A stretch of 46,724 nt of DNA from a virus. Its lineage: Duplodnaviria; Heunggongvirae; Uroviricota; Caudoviricetes. This document shows positions 29,754 to 38,561 of the stretch, one piece after another; the stretch's first letter is position 1; each line of letters opens with the position of its first letter. The stretch lies in IMG/VR virus record IMGVR_UViG_2579778634_000020, one strand, 5' to 3'. The notes beneath the pieces were generated by a model. The model saw only the letters and a list, made by a program, of their open reading frames with translations. It ran no database searches and had not been told where the DNA came from. The translations under genes were made by a program, and so were the position numbers.

Positions 29754-29836
29754 CTGGTAAAGTTCATGCGCTTGGTTCGCCTCGCGATACAGCTTTGCGA
29801 AGCATACCGGAATTGAAGCAGTTTATGCGTAAAAAA
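29754..29836 (-). promoter_or_regulatory. Candidate late promoter pR' / qut region between the Q stop and tR'
   Basis: TTGATT ... TTCAAT with 17-nt spacing on the minus strand. Inferred by analogy with lambda. Confidence 0.3.
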
Positions 29837-30379
29837 TCAAGCTATTTTTTGAGCAAATGATTCTCGCATGGGAATATATAGGGCATACTCAGCAACAGCC
29901 AACCAATTAGCAATTCGCTTTTCGCATGTGCTAAAACACCACTCAGGATGTGCATCATTTAGCAATTCAGCCATTTTGCGCTTAGTCATCCCCCGTCCTT
30001 CATACCGTTGCCGGAGGACACTAATCAATCCAGGATGCTCTGCCAGCACCTCACTTATGACTCTATCAATACATAACGCCTCTGCATCAGTACAATGCGC
30101 CAGCCAGGTCTTTTGCTTGCCATTGATCATCTCTCGCAAAAACGCTTCCAGCTCAGGTTTCTCTATTCCCGCTTTTTTCATCCTGCGCAGGGCTTCATTG
30201 ACGGCTGTTTTCGTCAATTTTTTGGATGCCAGCAACTGGTTAAACATATTTCCCGTCTTACCGCCGCCAATATACGACCAGCGCCCCCACATGCGCAGTT
30301 TTCCCTGAATCCAGACACTTTCCAGCGTGGTGAGACGAAGGTGTTCCCCGCTTTTGCCTGTATTTGTTGGGTAAATCAT
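29837..30379 (-). CDS. Late antiterminator Q-family protein. Start taken at MIYPTNTGK, with RBS AAGGAAGG; the ORF-track extension to 30499 is likely not translated.
   Basis: Position upstream of pR'/tR' and the lysis genes. Its ATG overlaps the stop of the upstream gene (ATGA). Phage antitermination Q-like sequence. Confidence 0.6.
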   Translation of the reverse strand: MIYPTNTGKSGEHLRLTTLESVWIQGKLRMWGRWSYIGGGKTGNMFNQLLASKKLTKTAVNEALRRMKKAGIEKPELEAFLREMINGKQKTWLAHCTDAEALCIDRVISEVLAEHPGLISVLRQRYEGRGMTKRKMAELLNDAHPEWCFSTCEKRIANWLAVAEYALYIPMRESFAQKIA

Positions 30380-30666
30380 AAATAACCTTCCTTTCTCCAG
30401 ATTTCTTGTGTGCGAAAAACACCTTCTGCATGCATCAGGCGTAATTCTTCTTTGGTGTAATCGCTGGTTTTTACCCGCCCGTCGATTAAATCGTGGCATG
30501 AGCTACAGGCAATCGCTGCCTGCATATCGTGTGGTTTTGTCGCTGTTCCGCACGTCCCCGCCAGCCTGTAATGCGCCAGCACAGATGTTTCGGGATTGTG
30601 ATTGCAGTAGCCAGGAATTCTGACGGTGCACATCTGCCCCCGCGCCGCTTTACGTAAATCCACCAT
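30376..30666 (-). CDS. DUF1364/YbcO-like Cys4 zinc-binding nin-region protein (putative nuclease)
   Basis: 96 aa with C..C....C..C pattern (CNHNPETSVLAH...CGTATKP...CSSCHDLIDGR). Same length and motif arrangement as DLP12 YbcO. Confidence 0.5.
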   Translation of the reverse strand: MVDLRKAARGQMCTVRIPGYCNHNPETSVLAHYRLAGTCGTATKPHDMQAAIACSSCHDLIDGRVKTSDYTKEELRLMHAEGVFRTQEIWRKEGYL

Positions 30667-31265
30667 TACGCAAACTCCAGCAGCTGCGCGGCCACATTTT
30701 CGACTTGTTCCGGAGAGGAAAATTTACGGAACAGAATCCAGTTCCACAGCACATTCAGAACAGATTTATAAACCTGCTGAAACTCGGTTTCGTCCATATT
30801 CGCAAAAGCGATAGATTTTGCCCGACGCCCGCGGCTACCGTCCTGATAAAAATGTTCGGTGTAAAATCCAGCCTGAATGGTTACCCACTCGCGAAAAGCC
30901 TCAAACGACTTTAGCAATGCCGTATCCCGGGTTCTGCGTGTCGCAACTGTATTCAGATATTGCTCTGCGGCATCACTCAGGGCTGGCGTGTGTTCCCGAC
31001 CAACTGATTCGCACAGGTAATCAACGAAACCAGACAGCAGTTCTCGTTCGCGAGGCGTGATCGCCCCACCGACCGGAGTCCAGTAATCGAATCCCAGTTG
31101 CAGGAGTTTGAAAAAACGCTTGTGGAATGCGTAGTTACGCACACGCTTAAAGTCTGCGTGTATCCACTCGCCTATTTTGATTTGATGCAGAAAATCACAA
31201 CTCTCCGGCGTCGCCGGGAGAAGTAATCCGGAAGAGGTTTGTTTGACCAGTTGTATATGCGCCAT
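30666..31265 (-). CDS. Hypothetical nin-region protein (199 aa)
   Basis: ORF with stop/start coupling to the downstream gene. No confident family assignment. Confidence 0.5.
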   Translation of the reverse strand: MAHIQLVKQTSSGLLLPATPESCDFLHQIKIGEWIHADFKRVRNYAFHKRFFKLLQLGFDYWTPVGGAITPRERELLSGFVDYLCESVGREHTPALSDAAEQYLNTVATRRTRDTALLKSFEAFREWVTIQAGFYTEHFYQDGSRGRRAKSIAFANMDETEFQQVYKSVLNVLWNWILFRKFSSPEQVENVAAQLLEFA

Positions 31266-31537
31266 TTCTTAATCTCTCGATGGCGCAGCGCAGCAGATGC
31301 CAGTTGTTCAGGCTGACGTATGAAGTATAAATAAACTGGCTCCAGTGTAAAGCCCCACCTTAATGGAATAAAAACCAAACAACAGATTGCTGGGATACAA
31401 ACAACGCTTATTATTAAAAGCGGTTAAACAAATTAAATTTTAATGTTATGCAAATCTGCCAGATCACCATAATATCTCATTTGAAAACCGCTGAAATAAC
31501 AACCCTATTAGGGTTAATCATATTAAGGTGAGTAAAT

Positions 31538-31624
31538 ATGGAAAACAACAAATCTGCACATTACGTTCCTTTTTTATCTGTAATACTTTTTGTTTTATGC
31601 TGTGCGTGGGCATTATTTTTATAA
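31538..31624 (+). CDS. 28-aa hydrophobic peptide (MENNKSAHYVPFLSVILFVLCCAWALFL); candidate type I toxin-like small membrane protein
   Basis: RBS AAGGTGAG 7 nt upstream of the ATG. A single TM helix. Sits in a 766-bp AT-rich non-coding island. Confidence 0.4.
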   Translation: MENNKSAHYVPFLSVILFVLCCAWALFL

Positions 31625-31730
31625 AAATATTCACAGATAAAATATACCCGCCAAAGTTGGTTAAGTGCGGGTGCGTTGAGGATGCCTGACTCATCAGAGG
31701 TGGCGAGGGATTTCTCCCTCGCCTGGTCTC

Positions 31731-31883
31731 TCACTCCTCAGGTTCGTAAGCTGTGAAGACAGCGACCTCCGTCTGACCGGTTCGGATTTGTACCTCGCAG
31801 AAGTCTTTCCTTGTTACCAGTGCCATCACAACGACGGTAATACAGATGACAATCAGGGCGGTTAACATCGTCTTTTGCTGCAT
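31731..31883 (-). CDS. hok: Hok/Gef-family type I toxin (50 aa)
   Basis: MQQKTMLTALIVICITVVVMALVTRKDFCEVQIRTGQTEVAVFTAYEPEE closely matches Hok/Gef/RelF toxins (conserved LVTRKxLCEVRIRTGQTEVAVFTAYEPEE). Confidence 0.85.
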   Translation of the reverse strand: MQQKTMLTALIVICITVVVMALVTRKDFCEVQIRTGQTEVAVFTAYEPEE

Positions 31884-32000
31884 CACAGCCTACTTACCCT
31901 TACCTTTCGTTCAAGCGGTAAGGTCACTTTTTCTGTTGTGTGCTAACCAACAAACCTCTTTTATCTGCATTAAAAATCGTTATCATGTCATCCTCAACCT
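31884..32000. promoter_or_regulatory. hok leader region expected to carry the mok overlapping frame and the antisense Sok RNA gene
   Basis: By analogy with the hok/sok loci. The minus-strand upstream sequence contains a GTG-initiated frame ending at TGATG overlapping the hok start. Confidence 0.35.
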
Positions 32001-32031
32001 GTTAATAGCCTATTATGGACTTTAGTAAACA

Positions 32032-33861
32032 ATGAGCACTTCCGCATACAAGAGCAAAATTCGAACACTCCAGTGCGCGTTAAAAAACGGTGAATTTGAA
32101 CCATTCATACAACATATCCGTTTTCCATACTTTAAAAATATAGAGCAGAATGCAAGGATCGATTTTCAGTTCCCTATAACGGCTTTAGTAGGAAAAAATG
32201 GAACTAATAAAAGTTCTGTTATCAAAGCGCTATTTGGTTGCCCACATGGTAAAAATATAACTCGTTATTGGTTCACAACTGAAACAGATGAGTTTCCTGA
32301 CCTAAAACTTGCTGATGGCAGTTCTCTTAAACCTAGATATATATATGGATATAAAAATGCTGATGGCCGTTTAGTTGAAATACTCCAAGCACGTATCAAT
32401 GCTACCAAGAAAACAATCGATTATTGGGAAACAAGTCGACCATCTGTTGGTGATAACATGGAGAGTATTTCGGATGATCTGGGTGCTAATAGTAATGCAA
32501 CCAGATGGAAAAAAATCAAGAAGGGATTGGTTTTCCTAGATTTCAGATCGGAAATAAGTGCATTTGATAGATGTATGTATCACTCTGATTTTAAATTAAG
32601 AAAGAAGAAGAGTGGTGTATTAATTACAAAGCAAGACTATATCAGAAGCAAATCTAAATATATAAAGAAAGCTTTTGATGAAAAGCTAAGTAATTTAAGA
32701 CTCTGGGGGGCGGAAACCATTGTTAAAAATATAACCTTGGCGCCAGAACTAGTTGAGCACGTCTCATTTATATTAGGGAAAAAATATAAAGTCATTAAAT
32801 TTCTTGAGCATCGGTTATTTGGAACCAGAGGAGGAACCGCTTTACTTTCAACTGATAAGTTGAACTATACAGAAGCGTTTGCTGGAAGTGGTGAATTTGC
32901 AATAGTTTCACTAATACTCAATATTTATTCGGCCAAACCTAATTCATTAATTCTTCTTGACGAACCAGAAGTTTCACTTCACCCTGGTGCACAAAAAAGG
33001 ATGATGGATGTTCTGTACTCTATTGTTGAGCAGAAAAAACATCAAGTGGTAATATCAACCCATTCTCCTGTTATTGTGAACACTCTTCCCAAAGATGCCA
33101 TTAAATTATTTGTTTTTGATGAAGAGAGTGAAACAGCTAAAATAGTTCAAAATATAGCACCGGATGAAGCTTTTATAGAGCTAGGGCATGATATTAACAA
33201 GAAAACAATAATTGTAGAAGATAAATTAGCTAAAGCAATTATAGATAAAGCGATTAAAAATGATGAAAGATTAAGCTTATCATTTAGTGTAAGTTATATA
33301 CCAGGTGGTTCGGAGACCATTTTAAGCAAGCATCTTCCCAGTTACGCTGTGGTAGAACGCAATGATATTTTGTTTTTACTTGATGGTGATAAAAACAAAA
33401 AAATAAAACCAGTAAGAATTAGTGAAATTGCTGATGCTGATTTAGTTAATACAATGTGCAAATATTATGGTTGCGAGTTAATTATCAATGCCAGTGGTAG
33501 TAATGGCAAAAAAAATGAACAAGAATCTAATAGACTCAAAAGGCAAGTGCTTGAGTATGCATTCAATAAAGTGCAGTATTTACCATTTGATACTCCCGAA
33601 CAATTACTCATTGAAAAGGCAATTACGCCAAGTGAAAAAGAAATAATTGATTCACAGACCTGGAGTTCTAATGATCCAGAACTGTATAAGAATCAAATAA
33701 GATTATTAGCGCAACACCTGTATGATAAAGAAGAAGTAAATGCAGAGGAAATTTTTTGCCTCCAACAAATGATGACCGCAAGACTTAAAAATGAATTGCC
33801 TGAATTTATAAAAATAAGAAAAATAATTACTCAGGCTCTTGACCGTGGTATCATTAGGTAG
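32032..33861 (+). CDS. OLD-family nuclease-like protein: N-terminal ABC/AAA_21-type ATPase + C-terminal Toprim domain
   Basis: Walker A VGKNGTNKSS; Walker B/D-loop LILLDEPEVSLHP; H-loop VVISTHSP; C-terminal Toprim-like IIVEDKLAK (conserved Glu) and FLLDGDKN (DxD). 609 aa, close to P2 Old (586 aa). About 33% GC versus roughly 50% in the flanks. Confidence 0.75.
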   Translation: MSTSAYKSKIRTLQCALKNGEFEPFIQHIRFPYFKNIEQNARIDFQFPITALVGKNGTNKSSVIKALFGCPHGKNITRYWFTTETDEFPDLKLADGSSLKPRYIYGYKNADGRLVEILQARINATKKTIDYWETSRPSVGDNMESISDDLGANSNATRWKKIKKGLVFLDFRSEISAFDRCMYHSDFKLRKKKSGVLITKQDYIRSKSKYIKKAFDEKLSNLRLWGAETIVKNITLAPELVEHVSFILGKKYKVIKFLEHRLFGTRGGTALLSTDKLNYTEAFAGSGEFAIVSLILNIYSAKPNSLILLDEPEVSLHPGAQKRMMDVLYSIVEQKKHQVVISTHSPVIVNTLPKDAIKLFVFDEESETAKIVQNIAPDEAFIELGHDINKKTIIVEDKLAKAIIDKAIKNDERLSLSFSVSYIPGGSETILSKHLPSYAVVERNDILFLLDGDKNKKIKPVRISEIADADLVNTMCKYYGCELIINASGSNGKKNEQESNRLKRQVLEYAFNKVQYLPFDTPEQLLIEKAITPSEKEIIDSQTWSSNDPELYKNQIRLLAQHLYDKEEVNAEEIFCLQQMMTARLKNELPEFIKIRKIITQALDRGIIR

Positions 33862-34925
33862 TGATTCTGGATGCAGAGGGAAAAATGAAAAAAATCAAAG
33901 TGTTTGACTTCTTTTCCGGTTGTGGTGGAACCAGCCAAGGTTTCCATCAAGCTGGAATGGATATTGTTTTTGGCCTCGATTTCGACGTTGATGCAGCCAG
34001 TTCATTTCGTGCAAATTTCCCGCAGGCTGCTTTTATTAACTCGGACATTAGGTTAATCGACAACAATGCCATAAACAAGTTAGTAAAAAAACATCGTAAT
34101 GATTACATTCTTTTTTCAGGATGTGCGCCTTGTCAACCGTACTCTAAGCAAAACTCAAATAAGAAAAATGATGATCCACGATTAGATCTATTAAAGGAAT
34201 TCAGTCGCTTTGTAGAGCATTATATGCCTGATTTTATTTTTGTTGAAAACGTGCCAGGAATGCAAAAGTTTAACAAAAATGAAGGAACATTCATGATGTT
34301 TTTAGAAATGCTTTCATCAAAGGGATATAGTGTAGATTATAAAGTAATGCCAGCTGCGTGGTACGGTGTACCACAGACGCGAGAAAGATTAGTGCTCATT
34401 GCATCCAAGGATTTTTATGTCGCATTGCCTTCTCCTACACATGGGGTTGGAAATACTCCCTATTCAACAGTAAAGGACTGGATCGCTAATTTACCGAAGA
34501 TAGAAGCAGGAGAAAAGCATAATAGTATTCCTGATCATGAAGCTGCACGCTTATCAGAGCTTAATTTACGTAGAATAAAATGCACTCCTGAAGGTGGAAG
34601 TCGAGAATTTTGGCCAGATGAATTGATTTTAGAATGCCATCGTAACCATAAAGGGCATACAGACGTATATGGACGTTTGAGTTGGGACAAACCAGCCAGC
34701 GGACTAACAACTCGTTGTATTAGCTATTCAAATGGACGTTTTGGACATCCAACACAAAATCGAGCAATATCGGTTCGTGAAGCAGCGTGTCTACAAACAT
34801 TTCCTTTGGATTATAAATTTATTGGTTCTTTGCAATCTCGGGCTCGTCAAATAGGAAATGCGGTCCCTCCGAAGATGTCTGAAACGATTGGAAAACATTT
34901 GCTTAATATAATCAAAGCCTCCTAG
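33861..34925 (+). CDS. DNA (cytosine-5)-methyltransferase. The ORF-track start is a GTG overlapping the upstream TAG; the probable start is ATG 33885 (MKKIKVFDFFSGCGG) with RBS AGGGA.
   Basis: Motif I FFSGCGG, motif IV GCAPCQPYS (catalytic Cys), motif VI ENVPGM, motif X QIGNAVPP. Confidence 0.9.
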   Translation: MILDAEGKMKKIKVFDFFSGCGGTSQGFHQAGMDIVFGLDFDVDAASSFRANFPQAAFINSDIRLIDNNAINKLVKKHRNDYILFSGCAPCQPYSKQNSNKKNDDPRLDLLKEFSRFVEHYMPDFIFVENVPGMQKFNKNEGTFMMFLEMLSSKGYSVDYKVMPAAWYGVPQTRERLVLIASKDFYVALPSPTHGVGNTPYSTVKDWIANLPKIEAGEKHNSIPDHEAARLSELNLRRIKCTPEGGSREFWPDELILECHRNHKGHTDVYGRLSWDKPASGLTTRCISYSNGRFGHPTQNRAISVREAACLQTFPLDYKFIGSLQSRARQIGNAVPPKMSETIGKHLLNIIKAS

Positions 34926-34958
34926 GAGGCTTTATTTTATTGTTATCCCCCCTAGTAG

Positions 34959-35390
34959 TTAATCGTGCTCACCAGACAACCTCCTGAAATTACTCTGGTA
35001 AAATGCCAGTACACGCTGCATAACTTCGCTTTTCCGGCACTCGCGACAGATTATATTCAGGCGCCTGTCGTAGCGGCGTATTTCTCCGTCTGGTAATGAC
35101 CAGATAAGGTCAGGATCAACCACAACCGTTTTTTTCACCTTTGCCCTGGATAGTTTTTTGCGGGCGTTTTGCCAGTCCTTACGAGCCTGCTCAGACGGGA
35201 ATAATCCGTAGCCTGAATTGTAAACATCACCACTGGCGACCAGTTCTCTGGCGAGAGTGCTTATGTAATACCTTGATGCACCGGTTTTAGCCTCCAGAGC
35301 CCGTAACGTCTCGCGACCGCTCAGACGTACAAGTTCAACAACCTGCCCTTTAATTTTTTCCCGCTCTTCTGGTGTAAATACTTTTGCCAT
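34959..35390 (-). CDS. Hypothetical protein (143 aa from MAKVFTPEE; strong RBS GGAGG), nin/replication-proximal
   Basis: The ORF-track start is a TTG. The internal ATG at 35390 has GGAGG 6 nt upstream. Confidence 0.55.
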   Translation of the reverse strand: MAKVFTPEEREKIKGQVVELVRLSGRETLRALEAKTGASRYYISTLARELVASGDVYNSGYGLFPSEQARKDWQNARKKLSRAKVKKTVVVDPDLIWSLPDGEIRRYDRRLNIICRECRKSEVMQRVLAFYQSNFRRLSGEHD

Positions 35391-35405
35391 AGGTGCCTCC
35401 GGCAA

Positions 35406-36167
35406 TCACTTTTCCGACACAATACGACTGGAGGAATCGAAAATCTGTCGAACAATATCCCGGTGCTTGTTCAGCTCCCGCAGCGCGGCGCAGACTCGCT
35501 CCCACTTCTGGACATGATTTTTCGCCCGACGCAGTTCACGGTTTGCCATATGCAGCGATGGTAAAATCAGGTTATCCGCTTGCGTTTCAGTAAACGATGG
35601 CAACGACTGCACAATGTCCGCCACAGTTTCTGTTTTAATATCTTCCTGTGTTGCAGCTTCCTGTACTGGTAACGCAACACCGGCTAGCTGAGGAAAGGCT
35701 TTACCATCTGTTTCCGCTACCGATGCAGCTTTCGGCTCTGCTGGTAAATTACCGCCCGGCATGCAGTAACGAAATTTACCGTTCTGATTAACGCGAATCA
35801 GACGAGCTTTGCTGATTGCCATTGCCAGCGTTGAAGCCACTTTGCGGGATGTGGTACCGAACACCGTAGCCAGTTCATCCGCAGTTAGTGGACCACGTTG
35901 TTCAATCGTCGCAGTTAAATCGCTCTCTGAAATTTTCGCGACTGTTGCCGTGGTAGTTTCTTCCGGCAGTTCTGCCGGCGCTGGCTGTTCCTGCTGAACG
36001 TTGTTATCAGCCACACGCCAGGTGTACGCGCTTTTATCAACGAAACCAGCCTTTTTCAGTTCCCATAGTTCGTTCAGCACTTCTTCACGGCTGATATCAA
36101 GTCGCGCAGCAAGTTCTATGGATGTGGCTTTTCCCATTGCTTTCAGTGCGTCAAAAACAGTCTCCAT
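35406..36167 (-). CDS. Hypothetical protein with an N-terminal winged-helix-like DNA-binding segment (start [21 protein letters not shown])
   Basis: [43 protein letters not shown] is MarR/wHTH-like. The middle is acidic/Thr-rich. Confidence 0.5.
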   Translation of the reverse strand: METVFDALKAMGKATSIELAARLDISREEVLNELWELKKAGFVDKSAYTWRVADNNVQQEQPAPAELPEETTTATVAKISESDLTATIEQRGPLTADELATVFGTTSRKVASTLAMAISKARLIRVNQNGKFRYCMPGGNLPAEPKAASVAETDGKAFPQLAGVALPVQEAATQEDIKTETVADIVQSLPSFTETQADNLILPSLHMANRELRRAKNHVQKWERVCAALRELNKHRDIVRQIFDSSSRIVSEK

Positions 36168-36189
36168 TAAATTTTTCTCCCGGTAAAAA

Positions 36190-36936
36190 TTACTTCGCAA
36201 TTCCTGGCTGGACGACATTCGGACGCCAGCTCTCCCAGTTAAAATTCACCCATCGCCCGCCGTTCATGGTCATGCGATCCATAATCCTCTCGCCGAGCAA
36301 TGTTTTCATGGCCTCATAATTCAGGTTTGTCAGCATCCCCACGCTGCGCATCGACGCTGTCCGGCGATCAACAATCTGGTGCAGCACCACCTGCTCGTTT
36401 TTTGTCTCGCGCTGAATGCCAATTTCATCAAGAACCAGCAGATCCACTTGGCACAGTTCCCGCAAAAATTTTTCGCCTGATTGCCCGTCGTCATAGCTGG
36501 CGTGTAGGGCACTCATGACATCAGCCACGGTAACCACAATCACTGTCTGGCCATCTTTCAGCAGGCGATTCCCGATAGCTGCCGCTAAGTGGTTCTTCCC
36601 GGTACCAGGTTTTCCGCTGAACGCAAAATTTGTACACCCGGTCATCAGTTCATCAGCGATGGATTTCGCCTGACTCAACGCGTATCGCTGCCCTTCGTTC
36701 TGCACCTGGTAATTCGAAAACGAGCATTTGCGGTGCAATGGCTGGATGCCAGAGCGATTCAGAATTTTTTCCACCCGCAACTGACGATTCTGACGGTTGA
36801 TCTCCTCACAACGTTTCTGGCCTTCGGAAAGTTGCCACTCGCGCCACTCCGCTACCGTCTTGAATGGCGCGGTTACATGCGACGGGGCCAGTCTGCGGAT
36901 ACGTTCAAGAACGTCGCCTGTCGCAATATTTTTCAT
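36190..36936 (-). CDS. ydaV: Replication protein, DnaC-like helicase loader (Rac YdaV)
   Basis: 248 aa with Walker [16 protein letters not shown] and Walker [10 protein letters not shown]. Confidence 0.9.
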   Translation of the reverse strand: MKNIATGDVLERIRRLAPSHVTAPFKTVAEWREWQLSEGQKRCEEINRQNRQLRVEKILNRSGIQPLHRKCSFSNYQVQNEGQRYALSQAKSIADELMTGCTNFAFSGKPGTGKNHLAAAIGNRLLKDGQTVIVVTVADVMSALHASYDDGQSGEKFLRELCQVDLLVLDEIGIQRETKNEQVVLHQIVDRRTASMRSVGMLTNLNYEAMKTLLGERIMDRMTMNGGRWVNFNWESWRPNVVQPGIAK

Positions 36937-36942
36937 GGTCAG

Positions 36943-37731
36943 TTACCCCCTGAAGCCTGGCGGGATCGCACTATCCGGTAACGAGACGGTGTTAACCTGT
37001 CGGAGTAACGTCTCAGGTCGAACACCTTTCGGCGCGAACAAGCCCTGGTATTCGTTGGCGATGCTGTGTCGAATCACCTGCTCAGGTGAAAAACCCTGCT
37101 GGCGGAATTTTTCCAGCTCCCGTATCGCCCCGTTAGCGCCCTGCTCCGTTCGAATCGGTTTTCGCAATGCCTGCCTGAACTGAACCCACTCATGCCAGAG
37201 TGTTTCCGGCAACCAGTCAGGCAGCTCGATAGCCTCCGGTTCGAATTTTTTAGACGCTCGTTTTTGGCGAGGGGGATTTAGGGGGAGATAAGTATTTATA
37301 TCTTCCTCTTTCTCTTCCTCTGGTAACGCTTTTTGATCCGTTTTTGTAACGCTGGCAGCGTTACCTTTTCGTTTCAGTTCTCGTATTTTTGTTACTCTCT
37401 CGTTTGTAACCGCCCGTTTTTTAGAGCTTTTCCCGTTATGGCGCTCAAAGTTAGGAAGCGACAACACACCATTAGTTTCGACCAGCCATCCAACCTGAAT
37501 TAACGCATCAGCAAAACCAGCCATAAAAGTGATGCGATCTATTGCACTTTTTGTAACGCCGCGAGCGTTACACTCTGCGTTACCGTCTATCATTTGTTGA
37601 TCCGCCCATGCCCAGAAGCGAATGACTTTCCCTAATGCGGCATCTGGATCAATATTCAGAATCTCAGCAAGCCTGAATATTTCCGGCTTATCCGGCGTAA
37701 TAACTTCGAGCTTTATCCAGTTTGAAGCCAT
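36943..37731 (-). CDS. ydaU: Replication initiation protein (Rac YdaU, lambda O-like N-terminus)
   Basis: 262 aa directly upstream of the DnaC-like gene. Sequence similar to Rac YdaU. Confidence 0.7.
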   Translation of the reverse strand: MASNWIKLEVITPDKPEIFRLAEILNIDPDAALGKVIRFWAWADQQMIDGNAECNARGVTKSAIDRITFMAGFADALIQVGWLVETNGVLSLPNFERHNGKSSKKRAVTNERVTKIRELKRKGNAASVTKTDQKALPEEEKEEDINTYLPLNPPRQKRASKKFEPEAIELPDWLPETLWHEWVQFRQALRKPIRTEQGANGAIRELEKFRQQGFSPEQVIRHSIANEYQGLFAPKGVRPETLLRQVNTVSLPDSAIPPGFRG

Positions 37732-37808
37732 TTGTTTTCACCTTGTAACGCTCGCAGCGTTACATTTAACTGATACCGAACAAAACAGTTCGGTACGATT
37801 AATTTCAA

Positions 37809-38231
37809 TCAATGCACTACGACAGAATCGCTAGGAGAACCGCCGCCGCTGAAATGTGCTTTACGGTAAACGGCCTGGACTGCATCATCATGCGCATCAA
37901 TTGCCGTACTCAGTGCATCCTGTGCCGCCAGTAATGCACGGCGTTCCAGGGTATCGAAGATGCAGAGTCGGTGACGCAGCTCGCGAGGAAGAATTGCCAG
38001 AACCGCAGGGATCAGTTTCTGAATTTTTTCCCTTTGCGCATTCGTTTCACCTTTCAACCAACGATGATAGATATTCTGCTGATTGTTCCAGTCCTTGCCT
38101 GGTACCAGGGGCAATTCGCCGCCCCCCTGGCGCAGATATTCTTCAGTAATTGCGTTAGCGACCCACGCCTGCCCTTTTTCGGCTGCCAGGGCTAACAACA
38201 CTGATTCGATGTGCTCATGCTTGATTTTCAT
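37809..38231 (-). CDS. ydaT: YdaT (CII-like regulatory protein / toxin of the Rac immunity region)
   Basis: 140 aa, the same length as K-12 YdaT. Position downstream of ydaS. Confidence 0.8.
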   Translation of the reverse strand: MKIKHEHIESVLLALAAEKGQAWVANAITEEYLRQGGGELPLVPGKDWNNQQNIYHRWLKGETNAQREKIQKLIPAVLAILPRELRHRLCIFDTLERRALLAAQDALSTAIDAHDDAVQAVYRKAHFSGGGSPSDSVVVH

Positions 38232-38482
38232 GAATCAACTCCCATCAGCTTTTTCGTAGTAGTTTTATTTCTGCCAATAGTTAAAATTGCATCGGCAGAA
38301 AATAATCCGTTTGATGCATGAGCGATTTTTTCAGCGTAATTTGTTTCGCCGGTATATTCTGTGCGAGGCAATTTTCCGTTATCCATCCATTTGTAGATTG
38401 CTCTTTGGCTGACACCACAAACGTCGGCCACAACAGAAACGCGAACAGTTTTGATTACATCTTCAAGTGTTTTCTGGTTCAT
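38228..38482 (-). CDS. ydaS: YdaS, Cro-like HTH regulator (start MNQKTLEDV, RBS GAGGGTG)
   Basis: HTH VCGVSQRAIYKWMDNGKLP. Divergent from racR. Confidence 0.85.
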   Translation of the reverse strand: MNQKTLEDVIKTVRVSVVADVCGVSQRAIYKWMDNGKLPRTEYTGETNYAEKIAHASNGLFSADAILTIGRNKTTTKKLMGVDS

Positions 38483-38561
38483 ATCACCCTCACAATGTGA
38501 ACTTTGAGTACATGCTATAACAGAACTGACAGTACATTCAAGAGCGAATATCATTGAACTT
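38483..38561. promoter_or_regulatory. racR-ydaS divergent promoter/operator region
   Basis: 79-bp intergenic region between divergently transcribed repressor and cro-like genes. Confidence 0.6.

Noticed and set aside
29837-30499. N-terminal 40-aa extension of the Q-like ORF
   Set aside because: It overlaps the upstream DUF1364 gene in another frame. The internal ATG at 30379 has a strong RBS and ATGA coupling.
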